The notes: generated by a model from the sequence alone, not told the origin. Numbered from the stretch's first letter, positions 1-9,817 are shown. The stretch is DNA of 62,576 bases from Candidatus Micrarchaeota archaeon (GCA_026414265.1 JAOAJI010000002.1:1-62576), one strand, 5' to 3'. A program made the numbers and translations.

Positions 1-659
1 GGTTTGAATTCTAGAACACAATACCTTCCATTACCCAGGGTCATCACATCGACATCTTCTCTTCCATTGGCATGTAAATAGAAATGTTTTATTTTCAACA
101 CATTTCTTATTCCAGTTTCGCAAATTTTGGCTATGCTTAGGTATTTATAACCTGAAGAATTACATTTTTCGCAGCCTTTTCCTCTACAATATTCGCATAT
201 CCAGAGATTTTGACAAATGTTTCTTGAATATTTTTTGTACTTAGCTAGGATGAATAAATGATTATTAGTTAATTTGACTGAGTTGCTGACAAAATCTATG
301 GTTAGTAATAGCTGAGAATTTTGCGGTTGTACAGCAATAACGAATTTGTCCATTCTTTTTATTTCTTCTTTTAACAAGTGATTTATCAAGGTCTTAAATG
401 AGCATTTCATATCTGTTATGATTAGATTTTCATTTGTAAGAATTTCGTGATGAATAGTTGAACTTATTCCAAGAGTCAATTTTTGTTCTGGGTGTATTTT
501 ATTGAGTTCTTCAAGGGCTTTCTTAATAATGTTTATATATTCATTGGCTTTCCCTTTGCACAGTATACAAGATTCTGATTTATTCAAGTTTAAGTCTAGC
601 AGTTTTTGAAGTTCAGGGAATTCTGGTTTAGTTACAAATTCACAAAGTTGGCATAACAT
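1..659 (-). CDS. pus10: tRNA pseudouridine synthase Pus10, N-terminal part (gene continues beyond window edge)
   Basis: Not in the ORF track because it runs off the edge. My minus-strand translation from the ATG at 659 gives MLCQLCEF...CILCKG, then CEYCRGKGCEKCNSSGYKY (two CxxC pairs), ending REDVDVMTLGNGRYCVLEFKP. This matches the Pus10 Zn-ribbon/THUMP half and the start of the catalytic domain. Confidence 0.6.
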   Translation of the reverse strand, partial: MLCQLCEFVTKPEFPELQKLLDLNLNKSESCILCKGKANEYINIIKKALEELNKIHPEQKLTLGISSTIHHEILTNENLIITDMKCSFKTLINHLLKEEIKRMDKFVIAVQPQNSQLLLTIDFVSNSVKLTNNHLFILAKYKKYSRNICQNLWICEYCRGKGCEKCNSSGYKYLSIAKICETGIRNVLKIKHFYLHANGREDVDVMTLGNGRYCVLEFK

Positions 660-732
660 ACTTTATAACTATATTACTTAAATCCTTTTAAATCTCATAA
701 ACGTAAAAATTTTAGAAACGCTTTTAGTTTGG

Positions 733-951
733 TTGATGAGTATGCGTGAAACAATAGGGTTAGTAACGATGACCATAGGTTTTGTTTCTTTGTTGATGGG
801 CTTAACTTATTTACCTACGACAATATCTGCTTTGATGACAGGTAATGTCTTTATTCCTCATGCCGTTGGATTTGCAGTTTTCTTAGGGTTTGGTGTTCTT
901 ATGCTTGGAGTAGCATTTTTCAGTCTGAGAAAAGAAAGTGATGAGTCTTAA
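733..951 (+). CDS. small integral membrane protein, unknown function
   Basis: 72-aa ORF with two long hydrophobic segments. TTG at 733, ATG at 736. No recognisable family. Confidence 0.4.
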   Translation: MMSMRETIGLVTMTIGFVSLLMGLTYLPTTISALMTGNVFIPHAVGFAVFLGFGVLMLGVAFFSLRKESDES

Positions 952-956
952 TCTTT

Positions 957-1247
957 ATGAAGGTTGATTCAATGGATTTTAATTTACTAGTTCTTGGTAT
1001 TTCAATTACTACATTTGTAATTGTAGTTGTTATCTTATATTATGTTAGATTGATAGGAGATAAGTTAGGAATAAGGTTAGAATTGACTTCTAGTAAGCAC
1101 ACTGTAAAGCATAAACAGAATAATGAGTCTGGCCAAGAGCCCAATAAAGAGTCAAAAAGCATGAAACATGACAATAAAAAAAGCCATACTCATGATGAAC
1201 AGCAAAAGAAGAGCAAAAACCCAAGAACTATTTTTGAGCTTGATTAG
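957..1247 (+). CDS. membrane-anchored protein with Lys/His-rich tail, unknown function
   Basis: 96-aa ORF with one N-terminal TM helix (LLVLGISITTFVIVVVILYY) followed by a charged low-complexity tail. Lies 5 nt after the previous ORF. Confidence 0.4.
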   Translation: MKVDSMDFNLLVLGISITTFVIVVVILYYVRLIGDKLGIRLELTSSKHTVKHKQNNESGQEPNKESKSMKHDNKKSHTHDEQQKKSKNPRTIFELD

Positions 1248-1302
1248 AACTATAGAAGAAATAGGTATCTTTGTCCAGTATAACCTCATTACATTTTGTA
1301 TA

Positions 1303-1812
1303 TCATTTCAGAGTGCCTACTTTTCTATAAGGTTTTGTGGTTTTTGATTGTAGTTTTGCAAAAAGGACTTGCGATATTCTAAGCCCTTTGGTTAGTTTTA
1401 TTACAGAATTACTCAAGTTTGAAATTTCCAATATTTGTCTTGATTTTGATCCTGGTTGGATTAGAGAAGATGTGACATAAACTGCCAAACCCAGTCTTGC
1501 AAATCTGCTTCTGCCGTCCATAAATCCTATGATATCGTCTGCTACAGTTATTTCTTCAAGAGTTTTAGCTAGAACGAGATCACCAGGTTTGAGAAATATC
1601 GATTCAGTTTTTTTGAGTTCATAGAGTTCTGTGTAATCTATTGTTAATGGGTCTATAATTTTCCCAAAGTACTCTTCCTTTGGCAAATAAAATTCATCAG
1701 ACAAGGTTATGTCTATGCCTGCCTGGGTAATTTGATCTTCTTTAGGTCTAGGTTTTATTATAATTTTTTTATTCCTTAGCGCCTTTTTAATGTCTTCATT
1801 ACTCAAGAACAT
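1303..1812 (-). CDS. dcd: dCTP deaminase / dUTPase-fold family protein
   Basis: 169 aa. N-terminus MFLSNEDIKKAL, then QAGIDITL and GRSRFARLGLAV...PG...LEISN...L..G..ISQVLF, the typical Dcd family pattern. Confidence 0.8.
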   Translation of the reverse strand: MFLSNEDIKKALRNKKIIIKPRPKEDQITQAGIDITLSDEFYLPKEEYFGKIIDPLTIDYTELYELKKTESIFLKPGDLVLAKTLEEITVADDIIGFMDGRSRFARLGLAVYVTSSLIQPGSKSRQILEISNLSNSVIKLTKGLRISQVLFAKLQSKTTKPYRKVGTLK

Positions 1813-1833
1813 GGACTATCACACATGAATCAG

Positions 1834-2157
1834 TCATTGTCTTTTTTTTCTTTTAGGAAGTTTTACATAATAAATACCGTGTTGGTCCTTTATAACCACA
1901 GGGTTGTTGAGTAAAGATTCTATGTCGATTTCATAAACGCCCTTCTGTAGAATCTTTATATTCGCTACATCTATTGAATATAATTTACCTTCATCCAATT
2001 TATAATCCCTTAGTTTGTCTTTTAAAAATAACCTTTTTTCTTCCGTGTCTTTTTCCTGGTCTATCATGTAAAGAAAAACAGTACATCCACAGTCACAGCT
2101 TTTTTCTACGTTGTTTAAGTCTTCGTATTTTTTACCGCATTTAACGCATACGTGCAT
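1834..2157 (-). CDS. Zn-ribbon protein of the archaeal GTPase-associated triad (DUF2072-like)
   Basis: CVKCGKKY...CDCGC zinc-ribbon at the N-terminus. Sits in the conserved archaeal order Zn-ribbon / DUF2073-like / small GTPase. Confidence 0.55.
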   Translation of the reverse strand: MHVCVKCGKKYEDLNNVEKSCDCGCTVFLYMIDQEKDTEEKRLFLKDKLRDYKLDEGKLYSIDVANIKILQKGVYEIDIESLLNNPVVIKDQHGIYYVKLPKRKKRQ

Positions 2158-2182
2158 AAAATCTTTCTCTCTATTATTTTAA

Positions 2183-2527
2183 TTAATCAGACAACGATAT
2201 CTTTACTATTTCAGGATTTTTCTTGATTTTTTTTACTATGTTTGCAGGTCCGACAATAGTAAGCCCGTGGTTTTTTACTCCGAGTATCTCAAGCAATTTT
2301 TTCTTCCAGCTAGAATGCTCCTGAGTTGACATGGTTGATATCTCTATTCCTTGAAATTCTTCATCTATCATGTTCATAGTTTCAGCAATAAGTGTTTTTT
2401 CTTCTTCAGCAGTTAAAGAGCATTGCAGTACTAGTACTTTCTCTTTTTTTGCAAGATTTTTCAATATGTAATTGACTTTGTCTTTTTCTTTTTCTAAGGC
2501 TTTTGATGAAATAAATTCAATGTCCAT
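2183..2527 (-). CDS. conserved archaeal protein (DUF2073-like), GTPase-associated
   Basis: 114-aa acidic protein between the GTPase and the Zn-ribbon protein, 13 nt from the GTPase stop. Assigned mostly by context. Confidence 0.45.
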   Translation of the reverse strand: MDIEFISSKALEKEKDKVNYILKNLAKKEKVLVLQCSLTAEEEKTLIAETMNMIDEEFQGIEISTMSTQEHSSWKKKLLEILGVKNHGLTIVGPANIVKKIKKNPEIVKISLSD

Positions 2528-2540
2528 TGTATCACCTTAG

Positions 2541-3188
2541 TTAGTTAATTTTTTTCTTTAATTCTTCATACAATTTGTCTATGTTATGTCCTTTTAGGGC
2601 AGAAATTCCTATTATTGGATAACCGTAATCAGAAAATGCATTTTTTACTCTTTCTAAGTCTGCATTTTCTAAGTCAATTTTGTTAGCTGCTATGATAATT
2701 GGAATTTTCTTAGCTTCTAAATTACCTAGGATTGTTAAATTAACTTCTGTATAAGGATCTTCAGTTGCATCTAGAACAAGTATGGCAGCGTCAACATTTT
2801 CTAGCATTTTAATTGCCTCTATAACTCCTTTGGTGGCTTCTCTTGCTCTTTGTTGAGCCTCTTTTTTGTTGAGTCCGTATTTCATGAACTCTCTGTAGTC
2901 TATCTTTGTAGATATCCCTGGCATGTCAAGCAAAGTAAATTCAAGTTTATTTCCATTATGGTTGAATACCACGTTTTCTAGTCTGTTTATTGTCCTAGTT
3001 TCATGAGGGATTTCTGAGGCAGTTCCTATTTCTTTGCCAACGAAATCTTTTGCAATTTTATTTGCCAAAGTAGTTTTTCCTGCATTAGGGCTACCATATA
3101 AACCCAAATTGACGTGTCTCTTTCTTCTAAAAATATTTGTAATTAATTCTAACAGTTTTTGTAACATTAAGTTCACCACATCAGACAT
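2541..3188 (-). CDS. small GTP-binding protein
   Basis: G1 GSPNAGKTT, G3 DMPG and G4 NKID motifs in the correct order and spacing. Confidence 0.8.
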   Translation of the reverse strand: MSDVVNLMLQKLLELITNIFRRKRHVNLGLYGSPNAGKTTLANKIAKDFVGKEIGTASEIPHETRTINRLENVVFNHNGNKLEFTLLDMPGISTKIDYREFMKYGLNKKEAQQRAREATKGVIEAIKMLENVDAAILVLDATEDPYTEVNLTILGNLEAKKIPIIIAANKIDLENADLERVKNAFSDYGYPIIGISALKGHNIDKLYEELKKKIN

Positions 3189-3200
3189 GATAATTTTTGA

Positions 3201-3959
3201 TTAGTTTTTAGCTTTGCCTTGGTTTTTTACTTGTTCCATTTTTTTCTTAATCGTTTCTTCATCACCTAAATAGTAGTGATTAACTGCTTTGAGATCGTAG
3301 TCCAATTCATATACTAAAGGTATTCCTGTAGGTATGTTTAAATTAACTATGTCTTTGTCACTTACATCGTCCAAGAATTTGACCAACGCTCTTAAACTAT
3401 TCCCATGAGCTACTATGATAACCTTTTTGTTTTGTTTAAGTACAGGTACAATGTTAGTGTTCCAGTAAGGGATGACTCTATTGACAGTGTCTTTAAGGCA
3501 TTCTGTTAGAGGAATTTCTTCATCTGACAAGTCCTTGTACTTCATGTCAAAGTGAGCGCTTCTTGAATCGTTTTTGTCTAGTGCAGGTGGTCTTATATCA
3601 TAGCTCCTTCTCCAGATTAGAACTTGTTCTTCACCATACTTCGCAGCCATTTCAGATTTGTTCAAGCCTTGAAGCGCGCCATAGTGTCTTTCATTCAGTT
3701 GCCAGGCCTTTACTTCAGGTATGTACATCAGGTCCATTTCTTCTAGGATTATCCACAGTGTTTTAATCGCCCTTTTTAGGTATGATGTAAAAGCTATATC
3801 AAAAGTGAATTTATGGTCTTTGAGAATTTTCCCACATTCTTTAGCTTCTTTAATTCCGTTTTCAGAAAGATCTACGTCTGTCCATCCAGTGAACCTGTTC
3901 TCCGCGTTCCACACGCTTTCTCCATGCCTAACCAAAACTAGCTTTAGCATAAGAATCAT
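3201..3959 (-). CDS. gpmA: 2,3-bisphosphoglycerate-dependent phosphoglycerate mutase
   Basis: [29 protein letters not shown], the catalytic RHG motif of the histidine phosphatase family. Also ERHYGALQG and AHGNSLRAL. Length 252 aa. Confidence 0.9.
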   Translation of the reverse strand: MILMLKLVLVRHGESVWNAENRFTGWTDVDLSENGIKEAKECGKILKDHKFTFDIAFTSYLKRAIKTLWIILEEMDLMYIPEVKAWQLNERHYGALQGLNKSEMAAKYGEEQVLIWRRSYDIRPPALDKNDSRSAHFDMKYKDLSDEEIPLTECLKDTVNRVIPYWNTNIVPVLKQNKKVIIVAHGNSLRALVKFLDDVSDKDIVNLNIPTGIPLVYELDYDLKAVNHYYLGDEETIKKKMEQVKNQGKAKN

Positions 3960-4045
3960 ATTAATTACTAAATCAATGTTTTAAAATAGTTGCTGACATC
4001 TCGTTATTTATCAAAATTTATCCTTTTTAGAGCAGATGATGAAAA

Positions 4046-5539
4046 ATGGGCAATAACAATGGTAATTACAGCAAGAAGCGAGTTTATCTACTGGACACGA
4101 CTTTGAGAGATGGCGAACAAACACCTGGAATAGTTTTGACAAAGGACCAAAAAGTTTTAATTGCAAAAAAATTAGATGAGCTAGGAATAGACATCATAGA
4201 GGGCGGAACAGCTATAGCGAGTAAAGGTGAACAAGAAGCACTTCAATCAATGGTCAAAGAAAAGCTAAATTCAGAGATAGCTTCTTTTTGCAGGATTTTG
4301 ACAAAAGACATAGAGGCTGCAATTACTGCAGAAGTGGATAGTATTTGTTTAACATTTCCTTCTTCTGATTTGCACATAACAAAAAAACTAAACAAAACCA
4401 GAGAACAAGTAAAAACAATGGTTTATGATTGTATTGAGTTTGCAAAATCACACGGATTGATAGTGCATCTTCTCGCCGAAGATGGCAGCAGAGCAGATTT
4501 AGACTTTTTATTGGAAGTTTTCAAAGGAGCTGAGGCACTTAAAGTTAACTCACTCACAGTATGTGACACTGTTGGCATATTATCGCCTGAAAAAACCCAA
4601 GATATTTACAACAGGCTATCAAAGGAACTACAGGTACCTTTAGGGATACATTGCCATAATGACTTGGGATTAGCATTGGCTAACACGTTATCTGCGATAA
4701 GGGCTAACGCGAGGCTAGCTCACGGAACAATGAACGGTTTGGGTGAAAGGACAGGAAATACTGCTATGGAAGAAATAGCCATGGCTCTCAAGTTATTTTA
4801 TAACATAGACACGTTGAAACTTGAAAAGATTTATGAGGCAAGCAAGTTAATAGAAGGCTTAACGAAGTTTGAGATTCCGATCAACAAACCGTTGATAGGC
4901 AAAAACGTTTTTACACACGAATCAGGCATTCACGTTGACGGTATTCTTAAAGACAGTAAAATGTACGAGCCTTTTAGTCCTGAGTTATTGGGCAGAAAGA
5001 GACAAATAATGCTTGGTAAGTTATCTGGCATAAAAACAGTAAAGTTGAAGTTGGAAGAGTTCGGCTTCACCTTAACTCCTGACCAAGAAAAAGTTTTAAC
5101 AGAAAGGGTCAAGGAACTTGGTGACAAAGGTAAAACAATAACAGATGCAGACTTTTTGGCACTAGTTTACGATGTTCTAGGACAAAGAAAAGAAAGAAAA
5201 ATAGTGCTCAAAGATTTTGTTGCAGTTTCTGGCAGTTCTGTTCATCCAACAGCTTCTGTAAGGCTCATTGTTAATAACGAAGAAAAAGTAGCTTCTGCTT
5301 TAGGCAACGGACCTGTTGATGCTACGTTAAACGCAATAAGAAATTTAGTAGGTAATGAAATAGATTTGGCTGAATATCATGTAGATGCAATTACAGGAGG
5401 TACAGATGCAATGGTAAAAGTTACTGTTGTTTTGAAAAAAGGCGACAAAAAGATTACTTCTTCTGCAACTAGCACAGACATAGTCTATGCTTCAGTTGAA
5501 GCAGTGTTGAGGGGCATAGATGTATTGATCGATTATTAG
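4046..5539 (+). CDS. 2-isopropylmalate synthase / (R)-citramalate synthase family
   Basis: LLDTTLRDGEQTPG, HCHNDLGLALANTL and HESGIH motifs of the HMGL-like domain, plus a C-terminal LeuA-dimer-type regulatory domain. 497 aa. LeuA versus CimA cannot be decided by eye. Confidence 0.85.
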   Translation: MGNNNGNYSKKRVYLLDTTLRDGEQTPGIVLTKDQKVLIAKKLDELGIDIIEGGTAIASKGEQEALQSMVKEKLNSEIASFCRILTKDIEAAITAEVDSICLTFPSSDLHITKKLNKTREQVKTMVYDCIEFAKSHGLIVHLLAEDGSRADLDFLLEVFKGAEALKVNSLTVCDTVGILSPEKTQDIYNRLSKELQVPLGIHCHNDLGLALANTLSAIRANARLAHGTMNGLGERTGNTAMEEIAMALKLFYNIDTLKLEKIYEASKLIEGLTKFEIPINKPLIGKNVFTHESGIHVDGILKDSKMYEPFSPELLGRKRQIMLGKLSGIKTVKLKLEEFGFTLTPDQEKVLTERVKELGDKGKTITDADFLALVYDVLGQRKERKIVLKDFVAVSGSSVHPTASVRLIVNNEEKVASALGNGPVDATLNAIRNLVGNEIDLAEYHVDAITGGTDAMVKVTVVLKKGDKKITSSATSTDIVYASVEAVLRGIDVLIDY

Positions 5540-5601
5540 CATAACACTCAAACTTGGTAAATCAACAAATTCCTTATAATTTTTAGGTCTGTTAGTTATT
5601 T

Positions 5602-6339
5602 ATGGATGCCAAAGCTGAAACAAGTGAAATACTTTTAACTGTTGTCATACCTGCTTTGAACGAAGAGCAGTACATAGGTAGGACTTTGGAGCATTTGCTC
5701 AAACAAAAAACCAAACTAGTGTTCGGTAAGGATTGGGAAATTATAGTTGCTGATGGTGGTAGTACAGATAAAACAGTTGAAATTTCGAAGTCATATGGTG
5801 CAAGGATAGCTCATGAAAACACACACACGATAGCAGCAGGAAGAGACGCAGGAGTTAAAATTTCTAAAGGTAAATACATAGTTTTTACAGATGCAGACGT
5901 AATACCAGATGAGTTCTGGTTACAAAACATGTACGATAACTTGTCTTCAGGAAAATATGTTGCTGTAGTTGGCAAAATTTTGCCGCTTGAAGGAACTTTG
6001 AGTGAAAAAATCTTGACAGAAATTCTTAATATAATCTCTATAGTTTTGAATTCAGTAGGTATAAACATGGCTTACGGTAATAACATGGGCGTTGTTAGAG
6101 AATATTATGATAAAATTGGCGGTTTTAACATACATTTGGTGACTTCAGAGGATACAAATCTAATAAAGAGGTTGTCAAAAGTTGGTAAAGTTAAGTATGA
6201 TTCTAAATGCAAAGTATCTGTATCAATGAGGCGTGTAAGAAAATGGGGCGTAATCAAGTTCTTTTTTTTCCATTTCACCAACTTCTTTAACGAATACTTG
6301 TTTAACAAACCCTATGACAAGTATGAACCTGTAAGGTAA
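5602..6339 (+). CDS. family 2 glycosyltransferase
   Basis: VVIPALNEEQYIGRTLEHL, ADGGSTD and FTDADV (DxD) motifs. Confidence 0.8.
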   Translation: MDAKAETSEILLTVVIPALNEEQYIGRTLEHLLKQKTKLVFGKDWEIIVADGGSTDKTVEISKSYGARIAHENTHTIAAGRDAGVKISKGKYIVFTDADVIPDEFWLQNMYDNLSSGKYVAVVGKILPLEGTLSEKILTEILNIISIVLNSVGINMAYGNNMGVVREYYDKIGGFNIHLVTSEDTNLIKRLSKVGKVKYDSKCKVSVSMRRVRKWGVIKFFFFHFTNFFNEYLFNKPYDKYEPVR

Positions 6340-6352
6340 GTATAGATCTTAC

Positions 6353-8572
6353 TCAATCTATGTTTATTAGTCTCATGTGTAAAGTGTTTATGACAACTGA
6401 AAAACTTGAAAGAGCCATGGCAAAGGCTGCAATCATAGGCGATAATAGAATGTTGTGTGACGCATAAAGTATCCCTGCAGCAACAGGTATACAAACAATA
6501 TTGTATATAAACGCCCAAAAAAAGTTTTGTCTTATTTTATCCATGGCTAATTTACCTATTCGAATTGCCTTGAAGACACTATTAGGGTCGTTGTTTATTA
6601 TTGTTATTGCTGAGTTCTCTATTGCGATATCGCTTCCTGAGCCAAACGCTATAGAAACGTTTGCTTGTGCTAATGCAACGCTATCGTTTATACCATCTCC
6701 AACCATAGCCACAAAATTCTTATTTTTTTGCAGCTCTTTTATTTTTTCAGCTTTCTGAGTCGGTAATACCTCATAGATGACTTTGTCACTGTCTATACCA
6801 AGTTTTTTCCCTATCATCATTGCAGATTTTCTGTTATCTCCAGTTAACAAATACACTGATATGTTCATATCCTTTAGTTTTTTTATCACTTCTTTAGAGT
6901 TATCTCTTATTGTGTCGCTTATGGCAAAAACAGCCATAATTTTTTTATTTATATAGATAGCACTCAGTGTTTTTCCTTCGTTCCTTAAGTTTTCTATTTC
7001 TGATATAAATTGTTTATCTTCTTTATTTTTAGTCAGTAAATCATCATATATTTTTGCTATTTCTACTTGTAATTTTCTTTTTTTACTTTTGATGTAGCCT
7101 GTTATTCCATGGCCTTCTATCTCCTTGACATTCGATACTGATTTTAGTTTTTTAGCATTATTCTCTTTTGCGTAGTTGATTATTGCATTGGCTAGAGGAT
7201 GAGATGAATAAGATTCCAAAGTATATGCGATGTCTAAAAGTGTTTTCTTAATAGTTTCGTCTCTTACAATAAAATCTGTTACTGTAGGTTTGCCTAGTGT
7301 CAGAGTACCTGTTTTATCAAACACAATAGTATTCACTTTTTCTAATTGTTCAAGCACTTCCGCGTTTTTTATCAATATCCCTTTTTCTGCAGCGATCCCT
7401 GTGGCTACTATAATTGCTGATGGTGTTGCTATGCCAAGAGCACAAGGGCAAGAAATAACTAAGACAGCGATGCTTAGCATAAGTGCGAAACTCAGGTCTT
7501 TGTTTAGTAAGAAGAACCATGAAATAAAAGTGAGCGAAGCTATCGCTATTATAATTGGTATAAAAATGGAGCTGACGTAGTCTGCAAACCTTTGTATTTT
7601 TGGTTTGGATGCCTGAACTTGTTCAACTGCTTTTATTATTCTTGCAAGCATGGTATTGTTTACAGATTTAGTTGCCTTTACTTTGATCACGCCTTCTTTG
7701 TTAACAGTCCCTGAAAAGACGTTTGAGTTTATAGATTTCTTTACTGGTAATGGTTCTCCAGTTAACATCGATTCGTCTATGTGTGTCGTGCCTTCTACGA
7801 TTATTCCGTCTATTGGAATACGTTCACCCGCCTTTACTATAACTATATCGTTTTGATTAACGTTCTCTACAGGAACTTCAACAATTTCATTATTTTTGGT
7901 TAACAGTCTAGCTTTTTGTGGTTGTAGTTCTATCAATCTTTTAATAGCAGTATTCATCTTTCTTTTGTATTTCTCTTCTAAGTATCTGCCAAAAAGAACA
8001 ATTGTTATAATAGCTGCAGGAATCTCGAAGTAATGGTGTTCAAAGAACCCTAGTATTGCTAATAGGCTGTAAATGTATGCCGCACTGGTTCCGAGAACTA
8101 TCAACACGTCCATGTTTGTGCCCATGTTCTTAAGCGCAGCAACGGCGTTTTTGTATAGGTTTTTCCCGCAATAGAATTGAACTATACTAGTTAAGATAAA
8201 GAGTAATATTTCTCTATTTTCGATTTTTATGTCTAACATAGACATGGTTATTACAGGAGTGCTTAAGATTGCACTTATCAGAAACATGTTTTTAAAGTCT
8301 CTTAGCTGTGTATCATTACTTATTTCTATGTGTTCGTTGGATAATTTTTTATCTTTGTTTAATGCTATTGCTAAATAACCTAATTCGTTTATTGATTTTA
8401 TTATTGAATCTTCACGAATTTGATTCTCATCGTACTCGATTAGTCCTTTTTCTATGGAATAGCTTATTTCTGCCTTTTTTATTCCATGGAGCTTCGTCAA
8501 CTTTTTTTTGATCAAAGAAGCGCAAGAAACGCAATGCATCCCTTGGATCTTTAGTTCAATAGTCTTTGTCAT
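6353..8572 (-). CDS. copA: copper-translocating P1B-type ATPase
   Basis: N-terminal HMA domain GMHCVSCASLI, TGEP, the CPC transmembrane metal site (VISCPCALG), DKTGTLT phosphorylation site and GDGINDS hinge. Confidence 0.9.
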   Translation of the reverse strand: MTKTIELKIQGMHCVSCASLIKKKLTKLHGIKKAEISYSIEKGLIEYDENQIREDSIIKSINELGYLAIALNKDKKLSNEHIEISNDTQLRDFKNMFLISAILSTPVITMSMLDIKIENREILLFILTSIVQFYCGKNLYKNAVAALKNMGTNMDVLIVLGTSAAYIYSLLAILGFFEHHYFEIPAAIITIVLFGRYLEEKYKRKMNTAIKRLIELQPQKARLLTKNNEIVEVPVENVNQNDIVIVKAGERIPIDGIIVEGTTHIDESMLTGEPLPVKKSINSNVFSGTVNKEGVIKVKATKSVNNTMLARIIKAVEQVQASKPKIQRFADYVSSIFIPIIIAIASLTFISWFFLLNKDLSFALMLSIAVLVISCPCALGIATPSAIIVATGIAAEKGILIKNAEVLEQLEKVNTIVFDKTGTLTLGKPTVTDFIVRDETIKKTLLDIAYTLESYSSHPLANAIINYAKENNAKKLKSVSNVKEIEGHGITGYIKSKKRKLQVEIAKIYDDLLTKNKEDKQFISEIENLRNEGKTLSAIYINKKIMAVFAISDTIRDNSKEVIKKLKDMNISVYLLTGDNRKSAMMIGKKLGIDSDKVIYEVLPTQKAEKIKELQKNKNFVAMVGDGINDSVALAQANVSIAFGSGSDIAIENSAITIINNDPNSVFKAIRIGKLAMDKIRQNFFWAFIYNIVCIPVAAGILYASHNILLSPMIAAFAMALSSFSVVINTLHMRLINID

Positions 8573-8593
8573 ATGATCACTATTTGTTATCTT

Positions 8594-9523
8594 TCAATTT
8601 ACAAGGTTGAATAAAGATACTGACTTAGGTAAATATGAAATAATATAGATAATTGTCATAAATAACAAAATCGAATAAATCATAATTTTGATTAAATTTG
8701 TTTTTTTTGTTTGAAACATAGCTTCTTTAAAACTTAATAGCGCTTCAAAGTCTTTTTTCAGAAGGTAAGCTAAGAGTGCTTGTACAACTATCATTATGAT
8801 TACAGTTAATGGCAAAAATATAGTAATGTTATCAGAAATTAGCATAACACTTGTCATTGCCCCCATAGTGCCGCCCATAAATCCTCCTAAGAGGCTTTCT
8901 ATGTACGCCATCGCGTACTTACAGCTGTTTTTGATTCCGTAAACAGTACCTAAAATGCTACCAAAAAGAGATCCTATGAACATCCCATTGGTTGCACCGA
9001 TTACAGAGCCTGTGATGATTCCTGTTGTCATGCTCATTGTCATTCCTTTCATCATAGCTGTATTACAGTCCACGTGGTCTTCATACTTTCTGCAATACTC
9101 AGAAATAAAGTTAGATGAACTTACTCCAAAGGCCAACAGTGTAATTATCAAATAAGAATAGAAGTTTGTAGGCAACGATTTTGTCAAGAGCATGATAGCA
9201 AAGCCGAGACCGAGCAATACAATTGTTGTTATTAATCCAAAAATTAAGAACATGAACTCTGTTTCATATCCTTTGTTTTTTGTTATCGTGTTCTTAACAA
9301 AATCATGGAACTCTAAATTTGAATTAAATTTTTGTTGTAGCTCATTTTTAAGTTGTAAGTACAGAGATTCTGAAGGCGAATCAACTACTATTATGTTTAA
9401 CGAATTCTTTATGTCCTTTACTTCTGAATTGTATTTTTTTGCTGTCTTGTATATTAAATTAGTGCAAGCAGTGCAGGCTATTGTGTTCTTCAAATTTATC
9501 TCATAAATTGCCATATTTATCAC
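8594..9523 (-). CDS. HMA-like (CxxC) N-terminal domain fused to a Gly/Met-rich polytopic membrane domain, unknown function
   Basis: N-terminus IYEINLKNTIACTACTNLIYKTAKKY has an HMA-like fold pattern with CTAC. It is followed by about 6 TM segments including GMTMSMTTGIITGSVIGATNGMFIGSLFGSILG. Lies between copA and copZ. Confidence 0.45.
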   Translation of the reverse strand: MINMAIYEINLKNTIACTACTNLIYKTAKKYNSEVKDIKNSLNIIVVDSPSESLYLQLKNELQQKFNSNLEFHDFVKNTITKNKGYETEFMFLIFGLITTIVLLGLGFAIMLLTKSLPTNFYSYLIITLLAFGVSSSNFISEYCRKYEDHVDCNTAMMKGMTMSMTTGIITGSVIGATNGMFIGSLFGSILGTVYGIKNSCKYAMAYIESLLGGFMGGTMGAMTSVMLISDNITIFLPLTVIIMIVVQALLAYLLKKDFEALLSFKEAMFQTKKTNLIKIMIYSILLFMTIIYIISYLPKSVSLFNLVN

Positions 9524-9556
9524 TTACAAAATTAATTTATGATTGTTATTTGTAAT

Positions 9557-9817
9557 TTATGCTTGACTTATCTTTACTACCTCATAGCCTTCGTTTTTAA
9601 TCACCTTTTCTAAATCGTTTCTGAGCTTTTTGTCAAGTTCTGCTTCTTCTGTTGAAATTACAAGCAGTCCTTTCTTTGCGCTTATCTCCACAACTTTTAT
9701 TCTATCTGAAAAGTAATCCTTTATGCTATCTTTTATTAGTTCTTCGCAGGATTGGCAGTGCATACCTTTGATAAAGACATGGTACTTTATTGCCATACGA
9801 TCACCGATCACTATCAT
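9557..9817 (-). CDS. copZ: heavy-metal-associated domain copper chaperone
   Basis: KGMHCQSCEELIKD, the MxCxxC motif, in a roughly 80-aa ferredoxin-like protein. The start may be the ATG at 9796 (MAIKYHV). Confidence 0.75.
   Translation of the reverse strand: MIVIGDRMAIKYHVFIKGMHCQSCEELIKDSIKDYFSDRIKVVEISAKKGLLVISTEEAELDKKLRNDLEKVIKNEGYEVVKISQA

Noticed and set aside
3563-3984. Two plus-strand ORFs (67 and 87 aa) overlapping gpmA
   Set aside because: They are antisense to an unmistakable dPGM gene, with low-complexity translations.
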